Under the pieces are notes generated by a model. It saw only the letters and a list, made by a program, of their open reading frames with translations, was not told the origin of the DNA and searched no databases. DNA of 64,000 bases, taken from positions 22,816,001 through 22,880,000 of the forward strand of contig OZ076417.1 in assembly GCA_964187785.1 (NCBI GenBank), given 5' to 3'. This stretch comes from Amphiscolops sp. MND2022. Its lineage: Eukaryota. Below are positions 35,243 to 49,480 of the stretch, piece after piece. The position numbers were made by a program, and so were the translations under genes. Position 1 is the stretch's first letter. Every line of letters starts with the position of its first letter.

Positions 35243-37440
35243 TTGATAGAAGACCATATTTTCACTAACACTCATATTTACACTGATAATAGTTCAGACA
35301 ATCAATATCCGGACTATATTATTAGTAGACCACAAACTGAACAACATGAAACAATTCATCCAGATCCATCACATTTATCTGACGAAACTTTACAACAAGT
35401 TCAACAACAAAATCAAAATACGATTACTTTTGCTACTACGTTAACGATTCCAGATCAAAATACTACAGATACACATAGCTTTACAATCACTACAGATTCA
35501 GACATTCTGTATATTCCTACAAGACGAAAAACTGAAACTAATGCTAACTTGTTTCAAAGTAAAAGCGACACTATGATACATCCACTTTAAACACACAAAA
35601 TTTTAATACTACACATTTACAAACGTCTTCTCAGCAAGTACAACGAACTTATGATCCACCTCCAGTGCCACCTGAAATTTTCGCGAGTAACATTCCTCAA
35701 CTCTCCACAGCAAGGCTCATCAAATTCGAATAACAACACTCTACAAAACACTAACCAAACTCAACCTCAACAAGTGAACACAAAACCACAAACAACTCTT
35801 CGTACACCATCATAGACTCTAGTTCAAATTTCTACTAAATAACAACCTCTTTTCACTATTCATACGATTCGTAATTATTCACCATTAAAACCTACAACTT
35901 CTAGGAAACTTTCTAGACCTCCATTACCTACCTCTCCGAACAATCCACTTTCATGAAACGTAACCAGTACTAAAATGAATAATATACAACAACCATATCA
36001 CTCATCTGTAACTCAAATTAATAACACCTCTCTTCCAACAAAGTCCCTCTCTTACTCACACATATTCACATCCTTCCAATCATATAGAATCTTCACTAAG
36101 TCCTTCAACTATTAAACGAACAAACCCAAAGAGTACCATCACTACAACTTTACCACTTTCCAATACTCATAATGTACCTCCAAATCTGAATATGAATTCT
36201 CAACCAATGCTTTCTTCGACAATACCTATTTCCACTATATCTAACCCAACATATATGAACTCATCTGCTTTCACTTCAGAACCTATTAAACCCTTTGATG
36301 GCTTGGATCAAAATTATACATCTGAAGATTATCTACAACAAATTGAAGCACTAGGATGCACTAGAAGCACTACAACATTTTCACTAGGGTTACAACCTTC
36401 AGCTGACCATGAATATGAAATTTTTGCACGCTCGACTTATGGCTTTCTTACAATGTTCATTAACTGGTACATCCCTTATTTGGTACCTTCGCCTCAATGA
36501 TACTTACAAACGAGACTGGTCTGGTTTTGTAAAAGCTTTTAAAAAACAATTTTCTTCTCAAAATAACGCTTTTTGCGGTCAAGTCGAAGCAGTTACACTT
36601 GTTCAAAAGGATAATGAGGCAGTTCTTCACTTTGCCTTGAAAGCTTACAACTAGTTGAAAAAGGCTGGTGTAATGAAAATGCCTTAACAATAAACCTCAA
36701 ATATAACGAAATTTTTTAAAAGGATTACCAAAAACCTTAAAGACTGCAAATGAAAGATGAGTATAACACACTTTTACTGTATTAGAACCTTCATACCCCA
36801 GTTAAACTTGTTGACGCTGAAGATTTTGCAAATGACAGAATTCGTACACACGATCTTACTCTTGAAGTGAATAACCTTGCCACCCAAATACAGTCTCAAA
36901 ATTTTGAACAATCACAAAACGCTCAATTCATGTTTACTCAACCACAGGATCCTAACAATGAAACGAAACCTGCATATAAAACAAATTGCTCCTACTGTCA
37001 TCGAACAAATCACTCTATTTTATCGTGATTCAAACAACATGAAGATGAAAGAGAAGCATATGCAAGATCAAGGTCTCCACAAAAATCTTTTGTACAAAAT
37101 TTCTGTTCCAACTCCAATGACAAAACAAAACGAAATGGCGACAATTCGAATGAGTACTCTAACCGACGTAGCAGTAGAAGTACAGCAAGAAAGAATTTTT
37201 ATAACAAAAATAATACTTCACAGAATAGATATGGTTCTACATCTTGCGATCAGTATACTTAAGACAGAAGTACCACTGCTCAACATTATACACGCTCTCG
37301 ACATGATAATTATTTAGGAGATTCTCGATCTTATCGTTCTCCATACATATCTTAAAGATCACCTTACAGACGAGATTCCCGTCACAGATACTGCTCACGT
37401 TCATATTCAAGAGAAAACACATTTCGAAGGTAAACACATT
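35243..37440 (+). pseudogene. gag: gag of copy A (may extend upstream to about 33990)
   Basis: PIKPFDGLDQNYTSEDYLQQIEA; CCHC knuckle CSYCHRTNHSILS* near 36985-37030; Arg/Ser-rich C-terminus. Confidence 0.8.
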
Positions 37441-37599
37441 CTAACACACTCAATACATAACAGTCACAAATTTCGAACAATCCTATCAATTTTGAAGTAC
37501 ACATGTATCAACCTACACAAATGCCTAAAGCTCTAATAGCAACCAGTTGGTTCTAGTCATTCTATTCCCACACTGCAGAAAAACAAAGTAAAAATAACA

Positions 37600-40500
37600 A
37601 CCCATCACGACTAGATAGTTCATTTCTTTTAGACAGCGGTGCTTCTACTTCAGTACTTACTTGTCATACTTATTTTACTATCGCAAAACGTCTCAGAATA
37701 ACGAGTACTAATAAAACACATAATACTTCAAACCCAAAAACTGTTGCTAATCAAACAGAAGTTCCCATATTACACTATGTTACTCTCACTTTGAATGCCA
37801 CTTCTGAAGACATTTCTCGTCAATTCATTATCCCGTTTGCAGTTGCTGACATCAAACATAACATCATTGTTTCAATACTTTCCACGAATGAAGCCAGGTT
37901 CGAAAGTTTGGATATTGAATCCAGGCCATTCTTCGGAGAATATGTACAAAATATTGACACCCAAGATTTTACATAACAATTCAAACACCACTCGAAAGAC
38001 TTTCCTAATCATACCAAAATTCATCATTAATGTCCAGAGAATACCCATAATTTTCATACAATTATAGAATTATTTCTAGAACTCAAAAACATCTAAAACC
38101 TAACTCCTCCAAAATTGATCATTTTCCTATACAAAACTATAGCAGTCTTCATTTCACAACCACACCCAACAATCATTTTTTCCCACCTTTACCTCAAACT
38201 TACTTTTCTGTCATATTACGTACAACATTCAACTTTATGGAAGCATTCACTAATGATAAACCATATACCTGTGCTACAATCCTACAAAACACTACAAATG
38301 ACATCGCAACTTTACCTCCCGGAACTATTGGATACCTTGAAGTTCCTAAACGAACGAAAAACCTAAATATTACAAAGTTCATGACATCAATTCTCTAGTA
38401 CACAATGTTGCCCATACAAACCATTCTGAAATTACAGAACCAATTCCACAAACAAAATACGCTCCTCAGTACGCACATGATACATCACACTCTCAACATA
38501 TTTCTCTACACCATGTCTATATGACTGACGTATCTACATTAAATATTAAATTAAACTCAATACACAATGTTATGTTTTCTTCTCATAAAACTGAACTTTT
38601 TTTTCTACCCTTCCAAATACAAAATAAATTCAAAATTTATCAATAATTCGTTTTTCAGTTTTCTGATCTTACAGACACCAAATATGTAACTCTTTGTAAT
38701 TTACTGGTCAAACACAAAAACTATGATGCTACTCAAAAAAGATGTAGAAAAGATTTCTACTCCGTTTCGTATTCGACTCAACCCCAATGCCCAACTTCTG
38801 AGACAATGTTCGTCTAAAGTCCCAATCATTATAATAGAAACAAAACGAATGCCCTTCTCGAAGAACTTGAAAAACACAACAATATTAAACAAATCGGTTC
38901 TTCTCCTCAAATCGGTTCTTACTAGTATTTCATCCGGTGAGAAACTCTTTGCTTTTATCAGCAGTTTTTATGGTCTCAAAGGCTTCTCCAATTTTTTTAT
39001 TGAACAAATGTTTTCATTCTTCAAAACTCTTACTGACCAAGGTTCCGCTCTTGCATATATTAATGACATTTTACTCCTTTCTAACTCTAAAGAATACATG
39101 TTCCAACTTATTGAACAACTTCATATCATAAATACAAAACACAATCTCAAACTTGCTCCTGAAAAATTCTTTACCCAAAATCTATCATACGCTTGGAAGA
39201 AATCTTTATGTTGCTGACATGCTCAGTCGTTTATTTACTAAAGCTGAATTACAAATGAATTAACTTAAACATAAACAACTACCTGCACAAATTGACTTCG
39301 CAATTTTACGAAACAACACTCTTAAACCTGTGCATTAGTTAATTAAAAATGAAGAAGTCTTACAATTTTCTATACGAAATAATGACAAAGGTAACGATGT
39401 CAATTGTCAAACCTCTTGACTTGTTCTCAATTAATTCCATTACACTTTTTCAGACACAGTTAAAAACCCCTAATAAAAAGCACAATAAATCTATTTATCA
39501 GCAACCTCTTCTACTCAATGATACTGATGTCATCAGTGATGACGAAGATCATATTTACACTAGAATTCCAAAGGACACAACTCTTTTCACACCTGACAAT
39601 ACTCTTACATTTGACAACCACTCTACTATACCAAATCCCAAAACTGATACGCTCTCTACTAATGCTACAGAGACACAGCATCATATTAAACTTTCTACAC
39701 ATTGCTCACAAATCATCACTTTTTATGACCCATCCTTCATCAAATACAAATATTGTTTTCGAGGCCTTTTCCAACCTGATGACTACTCCCTAGACTTACA
39801 AACTCAATAAGCAACAATCCCAAGACCCAGTATTCAAAGTTGTATTTTTTGACTTTCGCTAAATACAAAACCTGACTCTTTGACACCTCAAATTACTGGT
39901 ACTCCCTGTTTACATGCCAAAAAAAAATTTTCTCCCAACTTTTCATCGATGATTCTACAAACTTCATTTGCCTTTATTCAAAGCATTAAAGTACTTCTGA
40001 CACACAAACAAACCTGAATTCTAACATCCTTCAACCCACTTTTAAACTCTGTCTAGCCTTTCGTCTATTTCGAACAAATTTCAATAAACTTCATGACCGT
40101 TGTCACACTGGTATAAAAGTCACATATAACACTTTCTCACAGTACCAATATATTGCTTTTCTTGAAAATTGGCGTTCCATTTTAATACATGACTGTCTTG
40201 AATGTCAAAATAACAAGCATTTCAACCAAAAAGTTCAATCTGCTCATATACAATTTTTTCCTGAACATGCTCCCTCATTCACTTACAGAATTTCCATGCA
40301 CACAAAAAGTCCTATAAATCCTCCGTCTTAGAACAAGTCGTACATAAATGTCATTGTTGAGGCCTTTAGCCACTTTGTTGTGTCAGTTCCTATAAAATCC
40401 AACAACTCAAAAACTGCTGGTAAATCACTATTTCACCTTTGGATTATCAAACTTGGTCCACTTATCTATCTTGTTACTGATCGCGGATCAGATTATATTA

Positions 40501-41033
40501 ACACAGATATGGCACAACTCTCTACTCTTATGGGTATTCGTCACTCTCCTAGAACTCCTCACTCCCCTTGGGCAAATGGACTCGTTGAAGTTCAAAACAA
40601 AAATATTGGTACACATCTTCGTATTTTCCTTCAAAAAACCCCTAAAGATTGGGATCGCCAAGTTCATATGTACGCTTACGCCCCTAATTCACAACATCTT
40701 TTTATAAACGTTTCTCCTCGTGAAACTGTGTTTCACACATGTCCTCGAATTCCACTTACCTTTGACTTGAACCTCAATCGAGACTCAAAAAGAACATGTA
40801 TTTCAAAAAGATGTTCTGGTTTGCCTGAACATTCTCATTATGACAATACCGATTTGAACCCATTCTTTTATCGTACACGTTCGAAACACTCGCCCTCAAT
40901 GGTTTCTTGCAGTAGAAACTGCTATTTTACAAAATTGTTTTACGGTAAACTGTTCAAAAAATTAACTCTCAAGCTTATATTACAAAAACACACCATAAAA
41001 ATAAACCTATTCATCTTGGAACTTTCGTGGTAG
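37600..41033 (+). pseudogene. pol: pol of copy A: protease, internally deleted RT/RNase H, integrase
   Basis: FLLDSGASTSVL (about 37625); TPFRIRL..YINDILLLS; jump from the RT end to ADMLSR; IN core LVTDRGSDY...WANGLVEVQNK. Confidence 0.88.
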
Positions 41034-42794
41034 AACCCAATTTTTCACAAGTTCAATTTTCAGACAAACTCAAACCAAAGATGGTTCCACCTTTCATACG
41101 CATAGAAACCATTTGATACCTTATTTTTCAAAAGAACCACCTCTGTATCCTCATCTTCAAAATTTCATGCGTTTTTCAGACTCCATCAAATATGACACTC
41201 CAAAACCAATTAAATATGCAAATAGTGACTGATCCCCTTTTAACTCTGATGACACAGTATAAGATGAAACCTCTTCAGAAAAAAAACATCTTTGTTTATC
41301 AACCACCAAATCCCACTTTTGAAAATACTTCATTCACTAAAGATAACTCATTCTATGAACCAATTAGAAAATCTCATCAAAATATTTTTCCTGACAGAGC
41401 ACGCCATCCATCTCAAAATGACCTTTTAACCCCTCACACTTCGCATAATCGACAAACAAAAACTCATCGAAAGTTGTGAACAATGAAGATACACAGTCTT
41501 ATCAAAAACTACCATCCTTGATACTTCTTCTGAAACATCTCCTTCTGCTCCAAACTTACCATCTTCTAGTTCTGAATGTCAATTAACTATCATATCCCAA
41601 CCTCGCATTGTGGAAATGTTGCCTCCGTCCAAACGACCAAAGTCATACATTCTACAGACATCTTCTAGAACTCTTTTTCCTCCTACAACTTCATACACTG
41701 GAAGACCAAAAATATCTGAAAAACCTACAACTCCTAGGTCTCAACCACAAGCCGTAACAGTACAAACTCCTTTATTTCATGTACCTAATCCTGAAACTGT
41801 AACAAAATTTGTTGATTGTAAACAACCTACTGCTACTAAAACAGCACGACTACAACCTCAAAAAGATATTCTACACATACTTGACACTGAATACCCAACT
41901 ATTTTACACTTTCCCTCTTCTGAAACAGGATCCTCTACGAAATCACAAATCTATCCTACTTTAAACTAAATTAGACAGCAATTTACTCTATATAGTCTTT
42001 TAGAAACCACTTCACGCGACTACTTACCATAACAAAAATTTCAAGTTCCATCTTAGTTCCTCCACATCGGTACAACCTTGAACAACTTGCGTCACGTAGA
42101 CCTAGTTCTGATACTTCCACTCTAAACTTTTCTTCATTAAAGTAACTCGGCACTTCGTCTTTTACATCAACACGCCCAACCCCTTTCATCTGATTCAACC
42201 TCAACCCACTCCTCAGATTTTGTTCCTAATTTTACATCAGGTGTTGATACTGATTCCTTACTCTCTTCAGACGTTCAAACAGCGTACTTTTCTGGTAATT
42301 TCTTTCTGAAGTACTTATTCTTACTCCTGTAGCGCCACACGTACGAATTCGTAGTAATTATGTAGAAATTTTGTAGAAATTAAACAGAACAATCTAGACC
42401 TCCAACTCGGTTTACCGACTACCCAATACGTGTTGATGGTACAACTGTATACGAACCTCAAACTGATCCTCGTTTCACTATGCTCACAGAACGATTCATT
42501 AACGATACCGACACTCTCTCAAACAAAGAGAAGAAACAGAACTAAAAAGACTTCAAAATCCAAATTCGAACTTGAATTTGAAGTCAAAGTAAAATTTTTA
42601 GGTTTGAATCCACATCCCATACTTCACGTTCCTAAACCTGAAGAAAAAACACCTTCTGCCCCTTTCATGGTCACATACATTGAAATTCACGATGATCCTG
42701 ACGGCCCTGATATAACTTATGGTAATTATATTTTGTAACCCATACTCTGGACTTACATATACAATCTCCTTTTAGTACAAAGTTGTTCCCTTCT

Positions 42795-45133
42795 TTGACA
42801 AATATAACCTTTTCTTTCTTACTCCTATATATTATATTACACACGCTATTCCTATTGAACTAACTGATACTGATAGTTATCTCCCGCCTACGACCCAAAT
42901 ATTACGAACCTTAAGCTTTCTCATTATACCTGTGAAAAACAACATAACTTTTGTCAATTTGATCTTTTAAATGTTCTCTAGGTTCAATTAAAATAGTTTT
43001 GTTGAAAGAACTGTATAGAATCAGAACACAACAACACTTTACTTGATCCTCTAGAATGTAAAAACTTGTATAGATATCTTAATGGTCCAACAACAAAATT
43101 TTGAACAACTTTGATTACAATAGACCTTTACTCTTCTTGAAGATCATTATTTCTCAGGAACAATTGGATCAAATTCAAACTCCTTTTACTGTTTACTGGT
43201 ACTTTCACAATTAAGCCTGCTGATAAAAATTGACTTTATGATCCATTACGAAATCCTCTTCACGACTGTCCAGCCCATCACCAACTTGAAGTTACCTTAG
43301 TCAGTTGGACATTTTCAGTTTCCGAAGTAGAAGTTACAAATGATGACGCTGAATGTGTAATGATAGTTGATGGTCACACACTACCATGTTACTTCGGCGA
43401 TAGTTTTTGTAAACCACCACGAAAACTCCTTCTACCTTAGTTTGGTTTAGCGATGAATTTTGTCTCATTTTTACATTAAAAGATTTGTTGGACGAATGAC
43501 TAAAATAGAAGATAGATACTGGATTGAAACTGACTCTTTTGTACACACTTCAGTTCCTAAAAAATCGGACACCACTACTGGTATTAAAGGCACACCCTTT
43601 CCTTGTGTACATGCTCCACATACACGAAATTCACCTAACCGTAGTTTTTCACGCTACGAAGTTTTTCCACATTCTTAAACATTTTATAGTAACCCAGAAC
43701 CTTTTTATACAACACAAAATTCGGACCTTTTTGTTACATATATTGATGGTTTCAATATGCATACAGGACAGCTAAACACTCAATCTGTAATTAATGAAGT
43801 TATCTCAGAGAAACTAGTTTTCGACACCAACAAAAATAAATACGTTTTTCCTGCACTCAATGTTCCAAATATTTTTGCTATCATTGACTATGATGCACAT
43901 GTCAACACAAAAGTTGATTACGCTATTAATCATGTCTTCCACTCCATGACAAAACTAGAATTAAATACCCTTCAGAGTGAATTAGAACGAAATCAACTCT
44001 TTACTAAACTTGCAATGTCAGTAAAAACCCCTCAGCTTGCTGGATTCTTTTCAACAGGAATTAGAGGCAACTTCGTTTACATAGAAGGTTCCACTGCATG
44101 GCCCATGATTGTCCAATTTTCCTTTCAACAATATACAAAGCTGATGGTTGTTTTGATTGCATTCCCATACAGTTCAAAGATACTCTTATGTACGTTGATC
44201 CTATCACCAGACAAACCTACGATAATGCTACTCCTATAACATGTGATAATAATCCACGAAACAGTTTTGAACTAGATCCAGATGCGGATTATCAAGACTA
44301 TTACATTCTTAGACCCGAACCGATAAAACGGAAACCACAATTTATGTTCACGCCATCTCAAATTAAAACTACAATACGACCCAATGCATTTACAGCTCAA
44401 GATGCTGTTATATATTCTAATGCAGATCTTGACCATGTTTGGAACAGAATCTTATTTCCAAAACATGGTGACACTCTTCAACTTTGAGGAAAAGCTCTTA
44501 GTTACTCTTTAATTTCTTCAAATACACCAGATTATGCCTATTCTCCTCATGAAAATCCTTCTAGGACATTACGTATTGGACTACAGGATAAACTCTTTAA
44601 CTTAACCCCACTTTTTGCACCCACAAGGTTCTCTGATGCTTTTATTTCATTGTTTGGATACCCATGTTGTATCTGCACACAAGGGGAAATTTTTTGACAT
44701 TTCATTTATTACAAACAATCTTACCACTTCTTATCAAACTTTACAGAACACGTTCGATAAAGTATAACTTGAAAAATATATCACTTTTCTTAGTTCGATA
44801 GCACATGGTTTTTTCAATATTCTTACAGCTGAAATCGTCAACGACCTAAAAGATGCTCATGTACAAAGACCATTACCGTCCATTAGAAGTTCACACCAAC
44901 ATTCCTTGTCAACTATAACTGAAAACCAAGTAGTTGAATCTTCTTACAATTCAGACGATCCAACAAATCCTTCGACTAAACGTTCTGGAATTATTTCACC
45001 ACCTTTCTTTACAAAGCGTGCAAAACGAGTTCCAAAGATAGCAAAATTTAAAGTCTTTCCGAAACGGAAAAGATCCTTCAATCAACAAAGTAAAAAAAGA
45101 CAACTTCATCAACAATACTTTACCATTACATAA
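42795..45133 (+). pseudogene. env: env-like glycoprotein of copy A (class III, chuvirus-G-like pattern)
   Basis: Signal-like TNITFSFLLLYIIL; SHYTCEKQHNF; ELERNQLF.KLAMSVKTPQLAGF...EGSTAW.YDCP...CFDCIP...MYVDPITRQTY...ITCDNNP; hydrophobic TM segment near 44640-44730; basic tail. Confidence 0.8.
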
Positions 45134-45208
45134 TTCTACATTCGCTCATTTTTTTTACTGTCAATCCAAAGTCAAATGATTATCCTTTAAGTACCACTTC
45201 TGCCAATA

Positions 45209-46700
45209 ATGAGAATAAAAGTCCAGTCAAATTGTATTCAAAAACAAACTACCCTTTTACTCAGTCAGTTTTTTAAACCAGGTCATTCTGACTTTTCACT
45301 TCTCTGCCGCCTACTTGGAACAACTTCCTCTTTCAACAATTTCTGCACTCAACATTTTCTACACTCTACAAAATTCTCTTCACAAATAAAATTTCCTACA
45401 ATACCGTCTTCAAACATTGAGCTCCTTCCTCCAATAGAAATCACCCCAGTGATAGAAATTACTGTTCACCGTCCAACTAATCCGACAACAAAAGTTAGAG
45501 TGTTAGCACATCCCCAAAGACTGCTGATAAAGCAACTCGTTAGTTTACACTTTCTCATATAATTTTCACTATAACACAAGCCCAATTAGATCCCCAAAAC
45601 CAACTTGGACAAAATACTACAGATCTCACAACTCAGCCTTTATTTAATGATTATCCAGTCTTCTTCTTGGAAGCCCTGGAACAAGATCAATCTACAATTA
45701 ATCATGAACAATTTGAACAACATAATAACTCTCCGAACAATCAAAAATCTCCAGAAATCATTTCAAATGACACATCAGGCAAAACTCCACCAACACCAAA
45801 AAAGAAATATCCGGCTTTTCTATCTTCACCCATGTTACCACCTCTTCTATCTTCAAAACCTTCACCCTCTACGAATAGAGATGACCATTTGATAGCAATC
45901 CTTTCTCAAGATCGCTCCACGTTTAAGTCACAGTTCACTTCTTTGTACATGCATCCTACTGATTACATTTTCAAACTGTATGTTAAATATCAAGCTTTTT
46001 TTACATTCATCGCCTTTAAAATAATGTCTCCATACCAATACTGGCTTGACAATGTTGTCAAAAGATTTTCTCTCCAGTTTAACTTTCTTCGTTCATCTAT
46101 CTACGATTTAAAAACTGACGAAAATGATCCTTCATTTCTCTCTATTGCACAAAAAGCCACCTATCAAGAACGTATACTAATTTTCTACAGTACAAAATAC
46201 CATAGAACCAAATTTTTGACAATTATAAATACATTTATCCTTCCACAATGACAAACCTACATACAATTGATCACTCTAAACTTACGGGATTATTACGTAA
46301 CTTTGTTTCCATTAAACAATATTTTTGCCTTCTTCCTCATAATGATACATGACCACTTATTGTACCTCAAGATTATCCCATCCATTTCGATGAGTTCTTG
46401 GTGCCTTGCAACAATCCTACACAAATTGTCGAACCACTAACTGTTTTTAAACATATTGTTTTTTCACCTCCTGGCCATAAAGACACCTCATATTAGACAG
46501 CACTATATAAGCAATCGTACTCCTATAATGAACTGCTCTTCATCTCTGCAAAAGTCATTTCATTCATGGTCAAACAAAAAGAGAACACAAAGCTACCCAT
46601 ATAGAACAACATCGACCTCCTAGAACCTCCCAAGCTACTTCTAACAAAATTACTGTCATGTTAAGACTTCGCACTCTTTGCGACATAACTGAAAAAAATG
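45209..46700 (+). pseudogene. Fourth ORF of copy A, unknown function (homologous to 51000-52535)
   Basis: ORF 45667-46251 with SLYMHPTDYIF, then downstream IKQYFCL..HNDT*PLIVPQDYPIHFDEFLV. Confidence 0.6.
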
Positions 46701-49480
46701 AACCATACAAATAAACTTCTTCTGATACACCTCTCACAACTCTTACTCGAAACATAGCCGGGTATGAACGAAGTTGAAAACTCTCACAATCACTTAATCT
46801 GGATTCTCGAAGATATCCCAATCTTCACAAGCAATTCAAGCCGCTCTGGAATCTTCGAACAGCCTTTTGTCTTCTATTTAACTAATCTTAATACTCCACA
46901 GGTAATACAAATATTTGTTTTTGGAGGGCTCCTGATTTTCTGGTATTCTTTCTTGATTTTTGTACCCATGATACAGGTAACATTCTTGAACTTTTTTCCG
47001 GTATACTACATCTAACGTACACCTAACATTTCTGTTACAATTCAATTATTTAGAAACCATTTTTCACCAAAATCTATCTAACTTTTGTTACACTCTGCCT
47101 TATCGTACATCAAACATGTCATAACTTCTTTTGAACATCAAACTTCTAACACTTGAATTTTCATTATAAACTATATGATACAAATCAAAAAGCACCATCA
47201 AAGATCCACGTGTTCAAACTTCTTTTGTTCTAGAAACGTCTCTTCCTCCACCTCATTGTTTGTTGCCCCTTGGCTCACACCGTTAACTACCACATTCTTC
47301 TACCAGGATCTCTCTAGTTCGGCTTCTTATTCTTCGTCTGCTTCTTCCACAGTGCCAACTGTCTTTTACCAAGACATACCAATGGCTTGTTATTCCGTTC
47401 TTGAATGGCTTCTCCAGAAACTAAAACAATGGCACTTGTTAATTTTCACAATGCAAACACTCTTAAAGCTGCCATATTCCACACAATGTCCTTAAAATTA
47501 TCTTTTGAAATAAACAATAATGTAATCACGCTGGCCATTTACAGGTCCTTTCTCAAAGTCTCATACAACGTTTGCAAAATCAAACAAAAAAATCTGCTTT
47601 GAATAATATCACCGTCTACATGTTTATGGTAAGAATGTAGCCATCTGTGAAGCGACATACTGTTCTTGTCATCTATCCTCCTTTACTAGTAAGGATCAAT
47701 TTTTTCAAGCCGCCCTAGAAGACTCACGTCAAGGATCTAATGCTAGTATGTAAGGTTTTGGCTAGCATCAGAAACTTCAGAAATACGTCCCTGAAGTACT
47801 TCAAGCCTTCCCGCCATCAAAACATCCGTTTTACTGACCTGATGACGACTTCTCTTCATCACTACTTCACTAGTCTTCTAAAGTACTTTTTTTTGTCAAG
47901 AAAATTTGTTGGACTTTAGATATCTTATTTCGGAAGGACAATACTTTCAGGAAGACTCTAACAGAGGTGCAGTATTAGGTTTGAAGGGAAGACAAATTGA
48001 TGGTGAAGAGTAAATTATCGTTGTGAAGAGATATAAATCAGTTTAGTGCTTTACAGTATTGGCAATGGTATTGGATACAAATTAGGTAACGCTTGATTAC
48101 ATCAAAATTCAGAGTACAAATTTCTAGTCTAGACATCGAGCAAGGAGTGGGAGGATGAATGATCGAATTTAGATTACAGGTTTATCATCCGACCTGGTTT
48201 TGAAACAATATATATCTTCAACAAATTGGGTTATCAGAGGTGGGTCGGTCAGGTATGTGAATGTATATTTGAGGTTGGCTCTAATCGGTTGAGGTGGTTT
48301 TAAATTGTTTAGGAGAGTTTGGTTTATGGTGTATAGGACTGAGAGAGGACGTGAGGTTATGAATTATATTTTACTGGATTTGGATATGTTTAAAATTTTC
48401 ATCAAGTTGTAGTACATGAAGTTGTCTTATTCTTTCCTTACGTGAGATTCGGGCGAATATGCAATTTTTATTTTGAGATCATTAAAAAGGATCGGAATTA
48501 GGTTTTAATTTTCATATTGAGTTGAAGTGAGGTTTAATAAGGTATGATGATTGGGTTAATTATAGTTTAACATAAGATTTTGAAATGTTGCCTATGCATT
48601 TTTTGAAGTTTTATTCATTTTATGAGCTGTGTATGTTCCGTGGGGGTTTTGAAAGTTTGAAAGTGCGAGATAGTGATTGACAAGTGAAGGAGTGGCGAAG
48701 AAAAAGCGAAAAAATTCTTAGGTTTCATGTCAACATCTTTTGCGTCTTTTTGTTAAAAACAAAAATTAGGTAATTTGAGAAGCCTTGGCGGCAAGAAGGC
48801 GGCCTGAACAAAGTCAAAAGGTTCAAAAACAAGTCATTTATTAGTCAATGTGTCTTCATATTTTCATCATGTGAAGCGGGTAAAAGAGTAAAAAGAAGAA
48901 CTTTTTCATATGGAAGTGACCATTAAATTTTTCATTTGATTGAAAATCAAACATACAGTGAAAACACTTTCAATATGTGAACTAGGAGAAGTAAAAAGAA
49001 AGTTAGAGTGCCAGTAAAACCGAAGTTACTGACATGTAAAGTTACGTTTTTTGGAGAAACGGGTAGAAATTGGAGTTTCGTGTAAAAAAATGTTTTAAAA
49101 AGGAGATGAATTTCTGAACAATTGTTTAAAACACCACATTTATAGTCAGAGGGATTGTAGTGAACATGCTAAGATAATAAGTTAAGATAAATAGTGGCTC
49201 GAAATTAGAGGTGAACAAAGTTAAAATTTATTAGGTCAAAAAACCAACTTTTTACCAAGTTTTCTAAAGAAAAAAGTTTAATAAAAGACTATTATGCAAA
49301 AACACTGTGGGAACAAACAAAATGAAGAAAGAATGATAGAGGGAGGCACTGATGAAAAAGTTTAAAAGAAAAAATGTTCTTCACAGTGATGAAATTGAGT
49401 ATAATTTTCGAAAAAGTACAGTATATTTTTGGAATGGAGTTATGTCAACTTCTTGAAGAGAGGTTAGCATCGGAGAAAGA

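Larger units (their letters stand above)
32850..47970 (+). mobile_element. Degenerate env-bearing Ty3/Gypsy (retrovirus-like) element, family 2 copy A: LTR remnant-PBS-leader-gag-pro-RT-(RH)-IN-env-ORF4
   Basis: Ordered plus-strand fragments as listed in the sub-features. The coding strand is strongly G-poor throughout. Boundaries are approximate. Confidence 0.88.
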
